Of a DNA stretch of 64,000 nucleotides, positions 33,901-47,400 are shown in pieces. Origin of the DNA: Marsupella aquatica (lineage: Eukaryota > Plantae > Marchantiophyta). The stretch lies in contig OZ316893.1 of assembly GCA_973895155.1 (NCBI GenBank), positions 26,338,798 to 26,402,797 on the forward strand. The letters run 5' to 3'. Within the stretch, counting starts at the first letter, position 1, and each line of letters begins with the position of its first letter. The notes below the pieces were generated by a model. That model did not search any database. It was not told the origin of the DNA and saw only the letters and a list, made by a program, of their open reading frames with translations. A program made the translations under genes and the position numbers.

Positions 33901-36871
33901 ATCAAGCAGGCATGGACAGGATTATTAAATACTTACTATCTCTGAATATCAGTTGGATGTCGTTGGTATCGTTTGCTTGTGACTACCGTGGTCTCAATGA
34001 CGACAATTGATTTGTTGATGATGAGTGGATGCAGTGGAGAAATGTCTGAGCCTTTACGCTGGGACCAGTCAGTTGTGCAATGTCCTTCCGCAGCAGGATT
34101 TGATCACGACCAAGACTGTAACTCTCTTTTGTCGGGACGTTCCATGGGACGTTCACGATCTGCGATTGTGATCGGTGAATCATCTCGTAGTGCCAAGACA
34201 GCGCAGTCTGGGCCACGCACATTTTCTCCCAGGAGACACGCTGCTACGGTGGATCGAGGCAAAAGACATGTAGACGTAAATAGCTCAGCAAACAGGAGCG
34301 ACGATTGTCTAGACGATCGTCAATTAAAGGTTCTGACGAGAACTGGGGATTCTCCAGCAGTTGGTCTGAGTACCCCTAATCGTGCTCGAGAACAAGAGTC
34401 GGATGACTTTTGGAATGAGGTTATCAGAGCATATGATGACAGGAACGAACCTGTTACCGAGCATTCTTGTCAAGTCCTCTCCGAAGCACTTAACATTGCA
34501 GGGTTGGCGGATAACAGGAAAGGAAGGCAAAGGCATCCTTCTTCACCAATTCTCGGTTCTTCATTAAGAGAGCTAGATTCCCATCACCATGAGGTGCGCA
34601 CTTGAAACCTACATGCGCAACTCTCGCACTCCTAGCTGTTTTGGACTAACCAACAACTGTTTCTCATTGCAAAATATTATCGTTCACAGTACATATATGT
34701 GTGTCTGGTGTAAATATGTACAGCAGGCCACGAATGCAGCATGGATCACTGCGTTGTAGCAGTTGTCTCCATGTAGTTGAGGTTGATTGTTGAGGATAGG
34801 AATCAATCAGGGTCGAAGATCTTGTTGGGATGATTTGAACGCGTGAGTTTGATACAATCAAATACCTTGGATGCAGATTGGAAGTGGACGAAGGAATGTC
34901 ATCTCTAATTTAGCGGAGTCCTCGCGGAATGTCGAAGATGAGGAACTTCAAGGCGCAACACAGCCAAACTCTTTAGTGGGAGAGCCGGCTGACAATATGC
35001 ACACTGAGGTTGACCACAGAAGTAGCTATCCTGAAGTCTACCATCGGAAACGGAAGCATGCATTAGAAATTGCGAAGGGTCGAAGCTGTAAATCTCGAAG
35101 GTTGGTAAGGAAGTCTGAAGTATCAGCGGCATCAGGTGGTTTGCCAAGTGCAGTGGAAAATGTGGGTGGCACCAGTGTAGGCATCACAATTGGAAGTCGG
35201 CCAGATTCGAATAATGGTGGGGCTCAAGAAAGAGCATCCACAGTGGAAACAACTGATGACCGTCAGCAGACATCTTGCGTAATTATTGGAGAATCTGTTT
35301 GTAAAACTGGAGAGAAGCGTGGTGAATCTGTACCAAGCAATGTGATTACGTGTGTCATTTGTCATTCTGACACACAGTCAACAACCGAGGGAGTGCTAGC
35401 TTGTGGCCACCAATTTTGCTATCCGTGCATTCAAAGATGGGCTGATGAAGCGGTATGTCTAAATCTCCTTCGAAAACTTTGATTGATTAGCCCAGTTTTG
35501 TGACATGCTAAAGGACCAAAAAGAATGATAGACTTTTCTGTTTTCTGATTTTTCGTTTTGGTTATTTTGCCTACAGAAGTCGAAATCACCAACTTGTCCA
35601 CTTTGCAAAGTGCCTTTCGACTTCATTACCTTTAGGGAGATGGGCAATCCCGGAGAAGATGGGAGGTGCGAAGTTTTGGAGGAAAGGATTGTTCAACTTG
35701 GTCAGCAGATACCTAAAGAATCTCGTTTCATAAGCCTTCAATCCTTAAGAACAGTAAGCACTTTTTTAATTCATTATATGGAAAGTGTTCGATCTTCAGA
35801 GCTGATGCTTCTGTTAGCCCAACTGACGAATAGATTAATTGCTTTTAACTGCTTTAATGTACGATTTCAGATGAGTGATGGCACAAGTGCCTTTGATGTT
35901 TTTCAAATACTTACTCTTGGAATGGCAATCTTTTCGGGAAATGTTTATTGACTGCTAAACTTTTAATGGCAAAGTTATCAGCAAATAAATTTTGCGCTCG
36001 ATTATTAACCTTTCTGACATTTCCTCACGATCAGCAGCAGCAGATCTCATGCAGTTCTTTGTCCCGCATGGCAGGAAAACCTGTGCGTCACTTGTGGGAG
36101 CAGAGACACTCCAGAGCTTTTGCTTGTATGCACCAATTGCAGCGAAAGGGCATGTCATACGTTCTGCCTTGATCCACCTCGTCCACCAGGCTCCTCTTGG
36201 TTTTGCAGTCGATGCTCTCAAATCCAATCTAGGTCAGTTTCCAAATTACAACTCTTATTGCTGCTTGCAAATGTGCCGCCAACTGTTCAGTAGTTACTTG
36301 TCTACCGGAATGGTGAGTTCATTGAGCTGGAAGTTCAATTAGTAGCACCATATCGTTCAGGTCGAGAAACTTCATGTTCAGTACATCATATCTCTCGAAT
36401 TACTCGTTCTGAATAGCTTGGAGTGGAAAAGTATTGACCGTCTGCCCTTACGCTAATTCTAAGTTTCTGTCAATAGTTAGGTGAGAGTCTTGCTTTAAAG
36501 CATTCTCAGCTGATACACAGGTCTCGATATTCAGAGAATTTACATAGCTTCAAATTTTGACTTCCAGGATGCAGACCAGGGAGGCATATGGAAGACTCTT
36601 CCATGGAGGTTCACCGCGATCAGCTAGACAACGGCAAGGTACCGTGGATCTGGAAATGAATGTAGCCCTGCAAAGTAGGTCGATTAGTCATGATGGCGCA
36701 TTAATTGTAGGCCAGCCTTCACGTACCCCCCCGGGAATTAATCAAGCGCCGCAAAGTGGGTCGACTGGTCGTGTTGACAGATTGGGTTTAAGACCACCTT
36801 CAGGTACTCCACCTCGGAGAGGAAGGCAATATTCTTTGCATAGTTTTTTGGTTAGGCTAAATGATACATGA
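30990..36871 (+). CDS. FHA-BRCT-RING-PHD multidomain protein (putative chromatin or DNA-damage E3 ligase), 9 exons
   Basis: Model: 30990-31046, 31208-31390, 31626/29-33467, 33650-33780, 34035-34593, 34877-35452, 35577-35753, 36075-36232, 36568-36871, all phase-compatible. FHA: LGRG...CSRKQ...GLNP...[13 protein letters not shown]: TVSGY...[22 protein letters not shown]...KYEMAKK...[14 protein letters not shown]: CVIC...CGHQFCYPC...CPLC. PHD: CVTC...CTNC...HTFC...WFCSRC (this frame is absent from the ORF track). Confidence 0.85.
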
Positions 36872-37224
36872 ATGACCCATTTCAATCGCAGTATATTTCT
36901 AGGGCAACTTTGCCCTGATCGCTTGCAGGAAGCATCGTTGTGTTATATTTTGACTCTTTATTCCTCACGCCTACCTGTCTTAGCTGTTCTGTGCTACGTA
37001 CAAAATAATGTTTGCCAAATACGAATACTAGGGTACCAAAAAGTAGGCACTCGACAATCCACTTGATTCTGATGTGCTAGACTGAGTTTTCGTTCTTAAC
37101 CATGAACGGTGGTTTGTGGGGTGCGTGGGGGAAGGGCTTTTCACGTTTGTACCTTGGGGAAGTGGTTGCAGCTTCACCAGGAGGCAGATTTGGCCCTTGA
37201 TTGACTCACCTTCCCTGCAGCCCA

Positions 37225-37445
37225 CCATCCAATGGCCAAGACTCTTAAGGGATCATAGTAACTATTCAATTGCCAATCTCACCATTGGAGTTCATAGTAA
37301 CCATCAAACGGCCAATCTCATCTTGGATAAAAATAGAATCACTTGGCAAGGCAGAAACGATTCTCACTATTGGAGATCATAATAACCATTGAATGGCCAA
37401 CCTCACTATTGGAGATCATAGGAACCATCCAATGGCCAATCTCAC
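37225..37445. repeat. Degenerate ~37-40-bp tandem repeat (ccatccaatggccaatctcactattggagatcatag)
   Basis: gccaatctca, ctcactattggagatcata and ccatccaatggccaa recur. Confidence 0.6.
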
Positions 37446-40400
37446 TCCCGGTGCTCATAGTCCCTTCTGGTGCTTGGGTGAAACACCTTCAAAGCAGGAC
37501 TACAAGGTTGTGTAGAGACTTCCATGGCAATAAGAGAACATAAGGCCAACTTCTCTGTACTACCAGGGTTTCACTTTCTCCAACCTGTGATGAAGGTGTG
37601 CAGTATCTCCAGCATTCAAGGTTTGCACTGCATCACAACGTTCTAAAACCACACATGATAATGACCATATATGAGGGTTCATTGTGGGGGTAGCATTGGC
37701 TGGGATCCAGATGACCAGGCTTCACTTCATTGTAATATTTCAAAACTGCACTTGAAAGTAACCATTTGTGGTACCCATTTAAAGGGTTCACTGTTTGGGT
37801 AGAGTTGGCTGGGAGCCAAATTATAGTCGTTCATGTTGAGATGGGGTTTCCTGTACAGGTTGGGAGTGAGTTTTCTTAGCCCAACAAACTCTTGTCCTAA
37901 AAGATATTGACATGCAGTATCTTGTGCTAGGAAAACAAGCACAAGACCCCCGTTGTGTATCTTTATTTGCATTTTCATTGAAGGTTATCTACAACTATAA
38001 TAAGGGATCCCGCCTAATCCCTTTCATCATCTGTTGACAAAATAGAACGAGGGAACATTGCTTTACCATCACATGCTGTTCAGGAATATTTGAAAATCTT
38101 GGATTGAGTGAGAAGGGGCCCATAATTTGTATAGTAGGGTAATTAGTACATGCGCTAAGTGACTAATATGTGCTAGATAGAGTACACATTGCTGGCTATG
38201 CTATAGCCAGTTCACACCGTATTTTTTGGCCTGGCACTACATGGAGTATTAGATGAATAGATTGACATCAGATGGAGATTTTTGGCATGGAGCAAATTAA
38301 GAGAAAGTAAATTGACATGAGAAAGGTTTCTGGTCCTTTTTCTCTCCAAAAGCAAATATTCATTTTTTGGAGGTTAATTTGTCTCTTCTTCCCCAAAAAA
38401 ATCTCCCTTTTAATGGTGTTGGAGGGGAAGGTCAAGGGTGGGAGGTAAGTGTAGGGCATTGGGGAGGGGGGGGGGGGAGCGGGGGGAATAGGGAGGCACT
38501 TAAAAATTAGAACATTCACCCTCTATATAGCATGTTGAGTATTGCTCTTAGTCTTGTGACTCTAGAGCTAACCGCAGTTAGGCTAACTCAGGTTAGGACT
38601 TAACTGAGGTTAGCAGTGATGCATGCTGTATATAACCAGGGCTGATGCCAGCCCCTGGTGGACCTTCAGTTCATTGTTGGAGTTGGGCAAGAGAGAAGTA
38701 AATGTCTCTTGCTTTCCCGTGGACGTAGCCTCAATCGTGAGGTGAACCGCGTACTTGCTGTGTCGATTACTTTGTATGGTGTTCACATGTGCATGGTGTC
38801 TCGGGATAGGGATTATCCCCACAGCATTGCAGAACCCTACCTAGACCCATGTTGCCCCGGGGCATACTTACCCCATCATGTCGTCCTCCACAACAACAAC
38901 ATGGACTAAAATGACAACATTGTGACACCAATAACCTTGCACCCAAACGACACTCTGCAATGACAACACAACCACGTGCACAACACAGTCACAATGATGA
39001 TTATCATTATAGGTGATATAGGGCCCAAAAGTTCACCTTGCCTCCACGACACTTCTTTTACTCAATGACTTCCTCCACAAAATCTTTCAGGCATCCGCAT
39101 ATTTTACACGCTACATCTTTCATGCAACATCCTTTCCGCAATGACTTTTTCTAACGCACGGGTATATGCAATCCCGGCTTTTCACTCTACATTGTCTGCT
39201 TATGAAATGAAAAAAGTGGAAACTGATTGTGGCCATTGGACTAAATCAGAATTGTTCTTAACCATTAGAGCTGATGAAAGGGAGGGAGCCCAGGAAGGAG
39301 AAGGGGGAAGTCACTTAGGCTGGGAGGAGGGTTGGTACAGCTTGAGTCCCAAGGCATTTTGGGCATTGATTTCGCTTGACAAGTATTCACTTTGGACAAT
39401 GATAGCTTGACAAGACATTTATGATTGTGGGGTGAAACTCATGGGGGTCCCATGTCACATTTACACTGTATGCATGGAGGCAGCCGCACACACGTACAGG
39501 AGCAAGGGAAAGAGTTTTTGGTTGTAAGGTGATTGCACAGGAGGGATTAGTTTTTGTGGATTGAGTAATGTTTTTTTCTTCTTTTTCTTTTCTTTTGCTA
39601 TGGATTTCTTGATCGAGTATTTCTCGATGGTGTGTGTGTGTGTGTGTGTTAATGCCAGGAAACTATTTCCATCCACAAAAGATAAGTGGGGGCAGGGATG
39701 TGGTTCATTTTTCTTTGCCTTCACCTTTGTTTCTGATATTTTGCCTGCCCAGGTTCAATGTTGTGTCTTTTCTCACACATCATTACACCTTGCCTGGTCT
39801 CTCACGCCAACTCCAACAATTATTCTTGCCTTGGGCTCCTCTCATCTGTGGGGTCCAAGCTCTCCTCTCCCTCGCCTCTACCCTTGGAATGACAATATAT
39901 CTTTCCACTCTCCAATCCGCTTGCAACAACAGCCTTCCTGAAAGATACAAGTGGAGGGAGAGAGGAGAAAATCGAAGGGGAGGCAAGAGTGGGAGAGAAA
40001 TGGGAAAAAGGAGAGCGGGGTAGGGGAGGGGATGAGGGCTATAATTATTGAAAAGTAATCATTAATTAAGTAAAAAAATTAAAATATTTAAAGAAATTCC
40101 ATTTTCCAGCCCCTTGAAAGCTTCTTGCCCTTTATTTGACTTCAAATTTTTTATCTTTACTTGAAATTTCTCATTCTTGACCTCCCATCCCAATCACAAA
40201 CCCCTCCTCGACTCTCCTTATGTGCATGTACAACCAAGTGTCCAACACATGTTGTCTCTTTCAATTTTGTTCCCCACTCACTAACTTCTATGTTAGCCAT
40301 CATTTTTCCGCCTTCACCCAAGGTCTGCCTCTGCCTCCCCTCACTGCCTGTACATTTGTTGCTTTCTATATTGACCACATGGATGCAAATGGAACACTTG

Positions 40401-41488
40401 ATTTCCAAAAGTCACTGGTTAGGTTTATTTTCTTCTGGGGCCATGGCCTGTAACCCCCTTGTGCTGACCACCCTGAGGGATTACACCCCATAATCCCCCT
40501 CGAGGTGATGGGTCACCATCCACCACCCTCCTGCGCCAACAACACTTCACACCAACACTTTGGCCCATAATATCCACAGGCAAGCGACAACCATTATCCA
40601 AATGATTTCATGAGAGACACGTTCAATGAAAGCTCAACAACACACAGGATAAAGCGAAACTCAGTTTCAATCACAAAGATCGATTCAACTTCGCTATTTA
40701 CATGAACTGAAATAAGAAATGTAGGGAGGCATCACATGAACTGGATTACATCAAGCAGGTCATCCAGGCAAAATAGTAACTTATAGACCAATGTGACGCA
40801 CTGGAAATGAGACTGAAAGATTTCCGGAAATGCTGTCATTGCTTGGTCCACTTGTTGGACATCATGGTACAAGGACTGATTGAGGTTAGGAGCCCAATAA
40901 CATGAAAACCTCTGCAAACTCCTGGAGAGTGCAACGCTGCGTAACACTCATCACCAATGTGCAACAACCGAATTATATGACAGGTCTCATCGCCAGGTGC
41001 TCTATAGCTTTGGTACACGTCTGCAGTGATAAGCCAGGGAGAGTTTATAACATGAGGCATAATCTAAAAAATAAGATCACCTTCTAGAACCTACAGTAGA
41101 GCCCATCGCTCGGATTAACAATACTGCTAGACAAATTACAAGTTACTGACTAAAGTAAATGGCTCCTGCCGTACTCTCTCCACGTCTGTAGAGATCCAAG
41201 TAGACAACAATGAATGCGGGTATGATGATCTGAACCCAGTGTAACGTGAATTACTCCTGTGCCAATGTGACATCCGGGGAGTCGAGATGATACCATTACC
41301 GAGAGATGTGACCACACAATACCGAAGGCTCAATGATCCATGAGGTGATTCAGTCCCATCTCGTGTTTAGGAGCTGTGACAGTACCTTCGAAGGGAATAA
41401 AGACGAACAACGTGCTCAACTGTTGGGAGTCTTCAAGGCAAGAGTTGAGCTCAGCTGCCAAGACACATATCTAGGGATAAAGCTTCCT

Positions 41489-44400
41489 TCACCTGCTTGT
41501 AATGGTAGCACTGAGTCTCTCAATCTGAAACCACACAAGAAGTAGGCAATCATAGTCCGGTTAAGAGAATTGCACCACTGCAACTTAAGAGAACCCACTG
41601 CAAGTACTTCCCGCTAAAGGGAAAGGTGTAAGCACACTGGCGTAACGGTGTAAGATATTCAAAAGCACCTACCTTCCTTATCTCAGGTAAACATGCAATG
41701 CAACCCAGCGGCCTTGCAAAATGGAAAACTCGAGATAGAATACATTTAAAGTCTACGGGGACTAACATACGCCACAGGAACAACGAGAGCGGCCAAGCAA
41801 AGTACCTGGCCCACGAGCATTGTAATCTGCTCTCTATACATCTGTTTTACATCTGCAAGATCTGCCTTGAGCTCCTCAACCTGCCATATACACCGGTTTG
41901 CGATTTTAAGCTCAAGATAAGCAAACAGCTTCTAATGGTTGTCAAAGGCCATGGATTGATAAATGAATGATGCAACCAACAAGACGAAGACAAATTACAT
42001 CTACATGTATATCCAATCTAGCAGATTCTCTTTAGCACAGAAGTCGTATCCATGGCTATATGCTAAGTATAACCCATATACAAACCTCTTCATCGCGTTC
42101 GCCCATCAGCTCTAACGCAGATGTATGACGACGGCGCAAAGAATCCAATTCTGCACGTAAACCTGGCAAGTAGCCAACTTCGGTTCGTAGAACTTCACAC
42201 TGCATTGAGAAAACTTCGACTTTGAGTTTCATCCATCAAGGCCATAAAGTAAATAATTAGAGGGCAATGACACATCCCATTAATGCTAATGAATATCAAT
42301 CTCAGAAGATTGAGTTTGACCGGATAGATGTCTAAGCACCATAATCACAATATAGACTTGCTAAAATTCCCATATTTAAAGAGATGAGTATAGTCAAGAC
42401 CTGAGTACTAGCCCTAACAAGTTCCTCCGCCAATGAATCTCTTGTAGACTCCAATCCAGCCTGTCAACATTGATTGCATCAACTCATGAACTTGGATAAA
42501 ACATAATATCTTTATCACCTACGAACACCTTAGAAACAGATCAATTCGCTATAAATGAATAACAGTGAACTAGGCATGCAGTCTAGAACCTGTCGCATAA
42601 ATGAAATTCGAGCTGGGCTAGATCATCGTCAATAAATTGCTTTAGTTAAAGTTCTGCTAGCATATTTCCTCCAAGCCTCAAGCACAGTATAACTTGACCA
42701 AAAAATATTAAAGCGAGGCCAGCAAGGATCGGCTAGACATCAAATAGACATACCAGGCGTTGAAAGCAAGAGCTTAGTTCTCCTTCCTTCTGGCGTAGTT
42801 GAGTTTCAAGCTGCTCCAGAGAGGCGCCAGGGCCTCTCACATACGGAGAAGGTGGCCGATCACTGAAGCTCAATCGCGGCACGAGTGTGCCATCATAATC
42901 CATTGATGCTTGAGTAATAAAGTTCTCTTCCACACTGCCTGCGCTGCTAACACTTGGCAGACGTCTGTGGGCCTTGTGGCTTGAGCCTGTCCATGAGAAT
43001 TCAGAAATTAGAAACTTCAATATTCATTATCACTGTTACAATTGTAATTAATAATCTTTCTCAATTGACGTTCTGGAAGAGGATAAAAAAAATGGGCCTT
43101 ACTAAATTCAGTTTGTAATGCTGCCTGGGCAGTGATGGCACCCTTGTCAATCACAGAGCGACCCTCAGCACGAAGACGCTTTTCATAATCTGCTATCAGT
43201 GCTTTCTCTTGATCAAGTTCCTGCATTCAGATCAAATAGCTCAATACCCAAGATACAAGAAAAGTCTTATGATGCGGTCCAACACTCGTTACCTATCCAT
43301 TTCATTTGCATATGAACTCCGTGTTGCACATATTTCCATTCTGTCAACCAGACACATCAATCCATGAGTATCCACCATAATCTCGAATTTACAAACCTGC
43401 TCCAAGGTATGACGACGAGCTCTTTCCTCCTTCAAGTCCTGCTTATGTCTAATTCGCATGTCCTCAAACTCCTCCTCTAGCTGCTTGGCTCTCCCCTCTA
43501 GGGTGGTGGCCAGCTCTGTTGCTGCCAGGTACTCTTGTCTACTCTCGGATGCTCTCTGCCTTTCCTTCTCCAACGAACGTGAAAGCTGAGCTTGCTCAGC
43601 TCTTAACATTGACAGCTGGGAGAGAGACACCAATCGAAAACGTCAGACTGGTCACAGCAGTGCCTAAACTAAAGTCCTGCCACCAACAGCTGTCCTACCC
43701 CATGACTCACTGAAAATAAATTTTTCTCCCTGCAATGAAGGTGAACGATAGAGAAAAGAATGACACCTGAGCTTCCATGACTGCAACACGTGATAAAGTT
43801 TGCGAGAGTCGTTCACTAATAGCTCGCTCCCTTTCTTGTGCTGCAGCAGCTTTCATCTCAGCCTCCTGCAATATCACGTAAATAAATCAGGATTCCAGAT
43901 TGACAGCCTCGATGAAGCCAGGAAGAAAACGCCTACAGAAACCATTTGTTTGTCTAATAGTTCAGAAAGAACGACGAAAAACTCGAGAAGCACTCATCAT
44001 CATCCTCAATTCTGCAGAAGGATCAGAGGCCACACGTGTAATCGCGAATTGAGAGATCTTTCCACACCAGTCCATGCTTCCGCACGCATTGCCGTTGACT
44101 CCTGCACATGGCACAATGTGCATGTAAACAAGAGCACAACCTCTCCCTGGGGATTTTTATCATGAATCATTCATACCTTTCTACGTGCTAGCTCCAGGCC
44201 TCCTGGATCTTGTATCAAATTCTCTCAATAGAAAACATATATAGAGCTTCTCCGTCCTTCATAGTCCATACAATTCAAATTCTACGGGAGGATAAAAAAT
44301 ATCTAGAGTGTTGGAATCCTACAAATTCTTCAAAAATTGACTGCTTGGTACTGGTCTCATTAATGGAAATCCTTCAAACGTTCCCAAAGAGACTTTAACA

Positions 44401-47400
44401 GCGTCTTCCACCCCAACCCGATTCATCATCCAGCCCTTTCCCGAAAGGTTTTTTGTTAAACGTGTAACAGGACAGGTAAAATAACTTGGCAGGAGATCTG
44501 TAAGGAAAATCCTCGAGATTTGCATTCTGGTCAATTTGCACCCTTGACGACCTAGAATCTCAGTCCACTCGGAATTAAGAAATATTGGGTCGAATGTTCA
44601 AAAGAACACCCACGAGTGTCATTTGCTCGTTCAAATCTTGTAATTAATGCATTCCGCCAAGTTCGAAAAATGAACAACAAAGACTTCAGGATTTACTGTC
44701 AGCCATCCGTAAAACAATCGAGGTGCACCTGTAAAGCTTCAATTTGCTTCCGTAGAGGTCTAGTAGAATCAGGCATGTGTGTCACTAGCTCCTCGTACCG
44801 AGTCTCTGCAGCCTGTGAAGTTTCCAGGCATCAGCAAAATCTGACACAGTAATTGCACCTTCTTGACAAATTCTATGCGCAGAACAATAAAATGAGTAGT
44901 TTTACAGCATTAATTTCTGTTAATGTAATGATACCTGGCAGCGTTTCTCCAAATCTGCCATATCACTCCTGTGCATATCTTCCCGAAAAGCTGCCTGAAT
45001 TGAGTACAAAATCAACCAGGTTTTCAATGGATCGGATCTACATGAACCTGTTATCCAGAGGAACCAACTCGGGCCATGGGATCACAGCAAGAGCCAGTAG
45101 AGTTTGCATACGAACGAGATTCTACATTCTTGCCTCAGTATATGCAAGCGGATTGCCTATGACTATTTACATATCATCAAAGAAATCCAAACAGGTCTCT
45201 GATAGGGTACCATCTGAATCAATGAAGGGAACCAATCAGGTGACACCACTTGAAATAACAGAGAAACTTTTAAAAAAGTTTTTTTAAGTCAATTGACAGA
45301 GGCTGCACAAATTGGGACCTTGTTGCAGTATAATTTACGGATATCTCACACTCTGAGACCATGAAAGGATGATAAGAATCCCTACCTGCTGCTCTGTTCG
45401 ACTAAGCGCCTGACGGAGGTCAATCAAGGTCTGCAGAAGTGCTGTTTCACGATCTGCTGCCTCCCGAAAACGGCGCTCAAGGTCGGCCTTGGCTTCACTA
45501 TCGGCTTTTGCTTCAGCTGCTGCTTGTGCATCTTTAGCCTCATTAAGGGCAGTGGTGAAGTACTCTCTTAAGGATGCTAGTTCTGAATGCCCCTTATCAA
45601 CGGCCTCTTGCAAGGCAGCCTCTGTTACGGCCTTGTCTTTTCTAATGCTCTCCACCTTTCCTTCCTCCACCTAGGTCCATCACAAAGCTCTTCATTAGGT
45701 TGGGGACTTTAAAAATTGGCATAAAGAGACGAGCATCGAGCTAATTCTAACTTCATCAAGTGTAAAAACCAATTTGTGCGGCAAACTCTTCAGCCAAGTT
45801 CCAGGCGTTTCTTAGATGAACTATGAACAGTGCATCATAAGTTGAGGGCAACATACTTGGATTCTGGAATTCAACCGTTGTTTTTCCTCCTCAAGCTCAC
45901 GAATCTGGCAAGAAAAGAAAGGTGTGCACGAGTATGTTAGCCGTGCGAAACTATCAACAATAAAAATTACCAAAGGCACAGCTTCACTTATAATAACAGA
46001 GTAAATCTGAGCATATGCCAGAGAAAGACCCAGACACCTGAGCTCGTAGCTTCCTCATGGTCCCCTCTTGCACTGCTTGCTTCTTTGAAAGTTCTTCACC
46101 TATATATCACCAGTACACCGAGAAAACCATCAAAAACTTTGCATCAACAATGATGCTCTACGAACTCTCAGAATGAAAGTCAGTGTCATGAGTTACCTTC
46201 AGCCATAACCTGCTTAATTATTTCATCCTTTTCTTTGAGAAGCAAAGATGAGTCACTCTTTCGACTTTGCTCTCTTCGGAGCATATCTCTTTCTTTTGTC
46301 AGCACATAAACCTGAAGCAAAAATTATTCACTCTTCAGCAAATGAGAGAGGAAACAGGACTTGGGGAGCATCCGTCCCTCTGTCTACATCTCATTGCTAC
46401 TAAGCCTTTATTAGTAAGATCTTCATTCGCTAAAGGATTTAGAATAGTAGGTAAGGACTGACAACATCGGAAGCTTATTAGGACTAACAAGATCATCAAC
46501 TTTTGGTCCAGATCATACCATCAACTGTTGACTTCCCTAATTACTAACAAAAAACTACCATTGTAGTAATGAGTTCCGCAAATCATATATTTAACGGTGT
46601 CTTAAAAATTCATAAGAATCAAGTAGTGAAAAACGAGAGCATCAGGCGGATGTGTCTAAATACCTTCCGCTCAGCTGCTCCAACTCGTTGTTGGTATTCT
46701 TCACGCAAGGCATCTAGCTCCACAGTGCTTGTTTTCCTCTGCGCTCATGACATATTATACTTAGGTAGATCCAACGCATATCATTAGCAATTAGTGAAGA
46801 TAGACGTTATGGACCCGACTGAAAAATCTTGCTTGAAACAGCTGCATGGCTTGAAAACGATTCTGCTCGCTCCCCAAGAATACACCACAACAATGAAAAG
46901 ACCTGGTCATAACTACAGGAGATGCATTTCAGTCCACTTTCCTGCAAACATCTATCCGATGCGACATGGATTGTTAATTCAGATAAAACTCATCTCAATT
47001 CAGTAGCAGTAGTAAGACATCAGGATGGTAGGGTAGAATCTGCTGGGCACATCTTTGGAGCGGAAAGTGGACTAAGATCAAGCTTGTACCTTTAGATCTT
47101 CTAAGGATGCTTTCAGTTCCTCATTTTCAATCATCAGCCTTGATATTTCATCCGCTTTGCTCTGCAGAATCAAACACAATTAGTAGGTAGACCAAAAAGA
47201 TATTCCTTTGGTCATAAGGTAGCATTAGAGCATACAAGAGTTAGCTTTGTTCTATGATCGTAAAACTGGTACATGAAACATCCAAATTTGAGCGATATTC
47301 AAACTAGTGCCCAATAATTCCATCCAAAATTTATTGGCATGACTGGGGTGGTCTCTGTAGTGTCATACGGAAAACTCGTTCTAGTCCTACAATTTCGCCC

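Noticed and set aside
35948-36342. ORF-track peptides at 35948 and 35992 as coding exons
   Set aside because: The third frame encodes a canonical PHD finger with compatible splice phases, so the listed ORFs are off-frame.
17816-36871. Functional gene cluster of chromatin / genome-maintenance genes (SANT, KANSL2-like, FHA-BRCT-RING-PHD)
   Set aside because: Three adjacent nuclear genes can co-occur by chance. Only the shared leader links two of them, and that is reported separately.
38461-38486. Poly-G tract as a functional element
   Set aside because: It is a simple homopolymer-like run in intergenic repeat debris with no supporting context.
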